A stretch of DNA of 11,105 nt from Bdellovibrionales bacterium (GTDB lineage: Bacteria > Bdellovibrionota > Bdellovibrionia > Bdellovibrionales > UBA840), in the NCBI GenBank assembly GCA_037969075.1, contig JBBKWS010000038.1, forward strand, positions 1-11,105. Reading direction: 5' to 3'. Of this stretch, positions 7,684 through 11,105 are shown piece by piece. The position numbers and the translations under genes are program-made. The notes below the pieces were generated by a model. The model was not told the origin of the DNA, ran no database searches, and worked only from the letters and a program-made list of their open reading frames with translations. The first letter of the stretch is position 1. Each line of letters begins with the position of its first letter.

Positions 7684-7792
7684 ATTTATCACTCCTGAAT
7701 ACTAAAAATAATCACCTACTTCTTATATATATGCAAGTAAACGCTTCGCCTCTTGCCTAGAGGATATTTTTACGTTACTTAGGCTTCAACCT

Positions 7793-8353
7793 ATGGAAGC
7801 TCTGATAAATTCCTTCTTTTTAGTGTTTGCCGGTGAAATGGGCGATAAAACCCAGCTTTTAGCTTTAGTGCTTGCTGCCAAATATAAAAAACCATGGACT
7901 ATTTTATTAGGGATTTTTATTGCAACCGTTTTAAATCATGGTTTAGCTGCTTGGTTTGGAGATTGGGTTTCTGGTTTTTTTACTGAAAAAACTCTAACCA
8001 TCATTATCTCAGTTAGTTTTTTTGTTTTTGCTGTTTGGATTTTATTTCCTGATAAAGAAGAAGACCTTAATAAGAAAAATAAATTTGGCCCACTGCTTAC
8101 TACAATCATTACCTTTTTTATTGCAGAGATGGGGGATAAAACGCAACTTGCAACGATAGCTTTAGGAGCAAGGTACAGCAATATATACTATGTAACTATT
8201 GGTACAACACTTGGAATGCTAGCGTCTAATGCCCTGGTAGTTTTTTTAGGAAAACATTTTTTACAAAAAATACCTATGACCTGGGTACGACGCTTCGCCA
8301 GTGTTTTGTTTTTTTTATTTGGGTGTATTACACTCATGCACTTTTTTAATTAA
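7793..8353 (+). CDS. TMEM165/GDT1 (UPF0016) family membrane protein, putative Mn2+/Ca2+ transporter
   Basis: Two copies of the signature E-x-G-D-K-T ([18 protein letters not shown]) and about six hydrophobic segments. Confidence 0.94.
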   Translation: MEALINSFFLVFAGEMGDKTQLLALVLAAKYKKPWTILLGIFIATVLNHGLAAWFGDWVSGFFTEKTLTIIISVSFFVFAVWILFPDKEEDLNKKNKFGPLLTTIITFFIAEMGDKTQLATIALGARYSNIYYVTIGTTLGMLASNALVVFLGKHFLQKIPMTWVRRFASVLFFLFGCITLMHFFN

Positions 8354-8873
8354 GCCCACAGCACTTTTTATATTTTTTGCCACTGCCGCAGGTACAAGGA
8401 TCATTGCGCCCAAGTTTTGGCTCTTCTCGCACTACAGTTTGTACCTCATGATGATGGTGATGTCCTTCTCCTGCTTTATGAGTATGAGAATCACCGTCCA
8501 CAAATAACCACTGACCCTTTTCATTTTTTCTAAACTCAGAAACTTCATGGTGCTCAACCGCATCACCATCTTGTTCGTAAGTTGCAGTAAATTCGACTGT
8601 GCCTTTTTTATCTGTCTTTCCGCCATTTTTAGTCGAAATAACTTCTAAACCTAGCCAAGTAGATTGCTCTGACCATGACTCTGTACTCTTTCGATCAAAA
8701 TCACCGCGAGATTCAGGAGCCAATGTCTTTTCAATATAATCTATGTCTTTTGTCGCATATGCCGTATAGCGTGAGCGCATTAATTGTTCGGCCGTTTCGG
8801 GTTGCGCACGTCCCAAGATAAAAGGCTCACAACACTTAGAAAACTCATTTTTACTGCCACACGCACAAATCAT
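8346..8873 (-). CDS. ychJ: YchJ (UPF0225) family protein with N- and C-terminal SEC-C motifs
   Basis: CACGS...CC N-terminus, [37 protein letters not shown], and C-terminal [26 protein letters not shown] at 8879-8883. Confidence 0.93.
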   Translation of the reverse strand: MICACGSKNEFSKCCEPFILGRAQPETAEQLMRSRYTAYATKDIDYIEKTLAPESRGDFDRKSTESWSEQSTWLGLEVISTKNGGKTDKKGTVEFTATYEQDGDAVEHHEVSEFRKNEKGQWLFVDGDSHTHKAGEGHHHHHEVQTVVREEPKLGRNDPCTCGSGKKYKKCCGLN

Positions 8874-9029
8874 AAATACTCCTACTATTTGCCACTACTT
8901 AAACCATATTCATTTATAAAAGTTTAGATTATACGTAAACTGACTAAATAATTATAAAACTAAAGCTAGTCCATGTCTGAATATTAAGCAATTCAGTAAA
9001 AAACTAATCCACTGCAAACAACCCGACCC

Positions 9030-9058
9030 TTCACAAATACAATAAAGGTCGTTATTAT
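9030..9058 (+). promoter_or_regulatory. Sigma70 promoter for the ABC exporter operon
   Basis: TTCACA-N17-TATTAT, ending 29 nt before the GTG start at 9088. Confidence 0.5.
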
Positions 9059-9087
9059 GGATTACCTTATAGGGATAGGATTTATAC

Positions 9088-9999
9088 GTGATCATAGCAA
9101 AATCAGTAGTCAAAGAATTTGGGAGCTTTAAAGCTGTTGACGGGATCGACTTAGAAATAAAAAAAGGCGAATGCTTTGGACTATTAGGACCAAATGGAGC
9201 TGGGAAATCTACCTTTATAAATATGGCATATGGTTGCGTCCGAAGAACCTCAGGGGATTTAAAAGTATTTGGCTACGATCCAAATACCCATAGTCGCGAA
9301 ATCAAGAAACGCTTGGGAGTGGTTACACAAGACAACGCATTGGATGAGAGCTTAACAGTACTAGAGAATATGATGCTCTACTGCTCATTCATTGGTGTAC
9401 CAAAAACAGAAAGAAAGAAGCATGTTAGTGATCTTTTAGATTATATGAATTTAGGTCATAAAAAGGATGCTAGAATACAAACTTTATCTGGTGGCATGAA
9501 GCGCCGATTAGTTTTTGTTAGAGCACTACTTGGAAAGCCCGAGCTACTTATATTAGATGAGCCCACCACCGGCTTAGACCCAGCCGTTAGACATTTACTT
9601 TGGGGAAAAGTCACTGAACTGCACCAAGCTGGCACAACTATATTATTAACAACTCATTATATGCATGAGGCTGAGGTTTTATGCGATCGTCTAATTATTT
9701 TTAATAACGGAAAAGTCACAGCCGAGGGTAGTCCACAACATATGATCTCTGAACATACACCAGGCTATGTGGGAGTCTTTAATTTAGAGGATCAAGAAAA
9801 GATGAAGATATTAGTTTCTAACAATCGTGACATTTATTTTCATACTGATACTTCCGGAATGTACTTACGGGTAAAAACCCTAACTGAACTTACTGATTTT
9901 CATTCTATTCATGGACTTAAACCACTACAAATTAGACCATCAAATTTAGAAGATGTGTTTTTGAAGCTCACTGGACAGGAGTTAGCCGCCAATGCTTGA
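9088..9999 (+). CDS. ABC-2 type exporter ATP-binding protein (NodI/DrrA-like)
   Basis: GECFGLLGPNGAGKST, LSGGMKRRL, LILDEPTTGLDP, TTHYMHEAE, and C-terminal NLEDVFLKLTG. GTG start. Confidence 0.93.
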   Translation: MIIAKSVVKEFGSFKAVDGIDLEIKKGECFGLLGPNGAGKSTFINMAYGCVRRTSGDLKVFGYDPNTHSREIKKRLGVVTQDNALDESLTVLENMMLYCSFIGVPKTERKKHVSDLLDYMNLGHKKDARIQTLSGGMKRRLVFVRALLGKPELLILDEPTTGLDPAVRHLLWGKVTELHQAGTTILLTTHYMHEAEVLCDRLIIFNNGKVTAEGSPQHMISEHTPGYVGVFNLEDQEKMKILVSNNRDIYFHTDTSGMYLRVKTLTELTDFHSIHGLKPLQIRPSNLEDVFLKLTGQELAANA

Positions 10000-10762
10000 A
10001 TCCATACGACTCTCTTTATATGTTACTCTTAGAAATTGGACTGTTTATAAAAAAGATTTTATCGCAAACACTTCTCCTTCTGTGGCGGATCCCGCATTTA
10101 TTATGATCTCATTAGGTTTAGGCTTAGGGGCCTTTGTTACAAATATTGAGGGAATGACTTATCTTCAGTTTTTAGCTCCAGGCCTAACCGTCGCTACCGC
10201 TTTGTTTACTTCGTTTTTTGAAAGCAGTTACGGGTTTTATGTGCGAATGACTTATGAAAATGTTTTTAAGGCCATGCTCACCACACCCATTGGTATCACA
10301 GAAGTAGTTATTGGCGAACTATTATGGGTTGGGCTTAAAGGCGCAGTCATGGGTGTTGGTGTAGCCATAGTTTTAGCTTTGTTTGGTATGATGGCTAATC
10401 CATTTTTAATACCTCTTGTAGCAGCCGTTGGTTTTTTAGTTGCTCTCCCCTGTGGAGCCATTGGACTTCTTGCTACTGCTTTAGTTAAAAATATTAATCA
10501 ATTTCAAACCGTTTATTCTTTTATAATCGCGCCTTTATATTTTTTGTCAGGTATATTTTTTCCTATTGAGCAAATGGCTACGCCAGTTAGATGGCTTGCC
10601 GAATGTTTTCCGTTGGTTCACGGGGTAAGACTCGCACAATCTATCTTTTGGGAAAAAGGCATCGCCGAGGCATTTATGGTTCACGGAAGTATTTTGCTAC
10701 TTCAAAGTGCGATACTATGCATTTTAGCATTTACACAAATTAGAAAAAAATTAATCAATTAA
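9992..10762 (+). CDS. ABC-2 type exporter permease (NodJ-like)
   Basis: About six transmembrane segments and motifs YLQFLAPG, AMLTTPI...V.GE..W...KG, P.YFLSGIFFP. It overlaps the ATPase gene by 8 nt, consistent with translational coupling. Confidence 0.92.
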   Translation: MLESIRLSLYVTLRNWTVYKKDFIANTSPSVADPAFIMISLGLGLGAFVTNIEGMTYLQFLAPGLTVATALFTSFFESSYGFYVRMTYENVFKAMLTTPIGITEVVIGELLWVGLKGAVMGVGVAIVLALFGMMANPFLIPLVAAVGFLVALPCGAIGLLATALVKNINQFQTVYSFIIAPLYFLSGIFFPIEQMATPVRWLAECFPLVHGVRLAQSIFWEKGIAEAFMVHGSILLLQSAILCILAFTQIRKKLIN

Positions 10763-10792
10763 AAAGAGAGGCCGAAGCCTCTCTTTATTTTT
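10761..10792. terminator. Bidirectional intrinsic terminator
   Basis: AAAGAGAGGC-cgaa-GCCTCTCTTT (10763-10786; a cUUCGg tetraloop on the minus strand) flanked by A and T tracts, between the convergent permease and peptidase genes. Confidence 0.88.
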
Positions 10793-11105
10793 ACTTTGTT
10801 AACATCAAATAAGCGTCAGTGATTCCACCAGTAATAGATAGATCCTTAAAATCCATATCTATTGCGTGATCACTTGGTAAACGAACCTGCAAACCATGTC
10901 TAGTGCGTGAACTATCCATCATTAATTGCTTCATCTCTTTAGCGCTTAACTCAGGTTTTTGCGACCAAACTAAGGCCGCCACTCCAGCTGCCGATGGACT
11001 TGCCATACTGGTACCGCTAAAAGAAGCGTACTGATTATCAGGAATGGATGACAGTAAGTTTACCCCAGGTGCAAATATATCTACTGTTGATTGTCCATAG
11101 TTAGT
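10791..11105 (-). CDS. S8 family subtilisin-like serine peptidase, C-terminal part (begins beyond the right edge)
   Basis: The frame is open from 11105: TNYGQSTVDIFAPGVNLLSSIPDNQYASFSGTSMASPSAAGVAALVWSQKPEL... It includes the catalytic-Ser motif GTSMASP. The 71-aa track ORF is only its tail. Confidence 0.92.
   Translation of the reverse strand, partial: TNYGQSTVDIFAPGVNLLSSIPDNQYASFSGTSMASPSAAGVAALVWSQKPELSAKEMKQLMMDSSRTRHGLQVRLPSDHAIDMDFKDLSITGGITDAYLMLTK

Noticed and set aside
7684..7792. yybP-ykoY Mn2+ riboswitch, often found upstream of UPF0016 genes
   Set aside because: I could not find its conserved elements (GGGGAGUA..., ACAUAC, GAGACC-like) arranged in the leader, and the space is short. 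An Rfam/Infernal search would settle it.
2500..10461. Remaining short antisense or nested ORFs (2500, 4746, 5094, 5801, 5823, 7456, 7936, 8301, 8432, 10252)
   Set aside because: All overlap well-supported genes and show no recognisable motifs.
1..11105. Mobile elements, CRISPR arrays, tRNA/rRNA, defence or toxin-antitoxin systems
   Set aside because: No transposase or integrase motifs, spaced direct repeats, cloverleaf patterns or recognisable defence domains were seen, and intergenic regions are short.

Overview
AT-rich, gene-dense bacterial chromosomal window. Gene content and a sigma28-type promoter suggest a Bdellovibrionota-like organism, which is inference only. Left to right: a lipoprotein with delta-60/DUF5122-type repeats running off the left edge (absent from the ORF track), methylglyoxal synthase, a DEAD-box RNA helicase with an Arg/Gly tail, a DUF924 protein, a YbiT-like ABC-F ATPase, two divergent probable outer-membrane beta-barrel genes, an 8-Cys zinc-finger protein preceded by an unannotated 28-aa lipobox ORF, a GDT1/TMEM165 (UPF0016) cation transporter, a YchJ/SEC-C protein, a NodI/NodJ-like ABC-2 exporter, and the 3' end of an S8 subtilase. 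I see no mobile element, CRISPR array, tRNA or rRNA, and no clear novel multi-gene system. The best leads are: (i) the ABC-F whose second ATPase site lacks the catalytic Glu and has an altered Walker A; (ii) the small lipopeptide ORF coupled to a FYVE-like zinc-finger gene, next to other metal-related genes; (iii) a sigma28-like promoter that would give a leaderless mRNA for the repeat lipoprotein.
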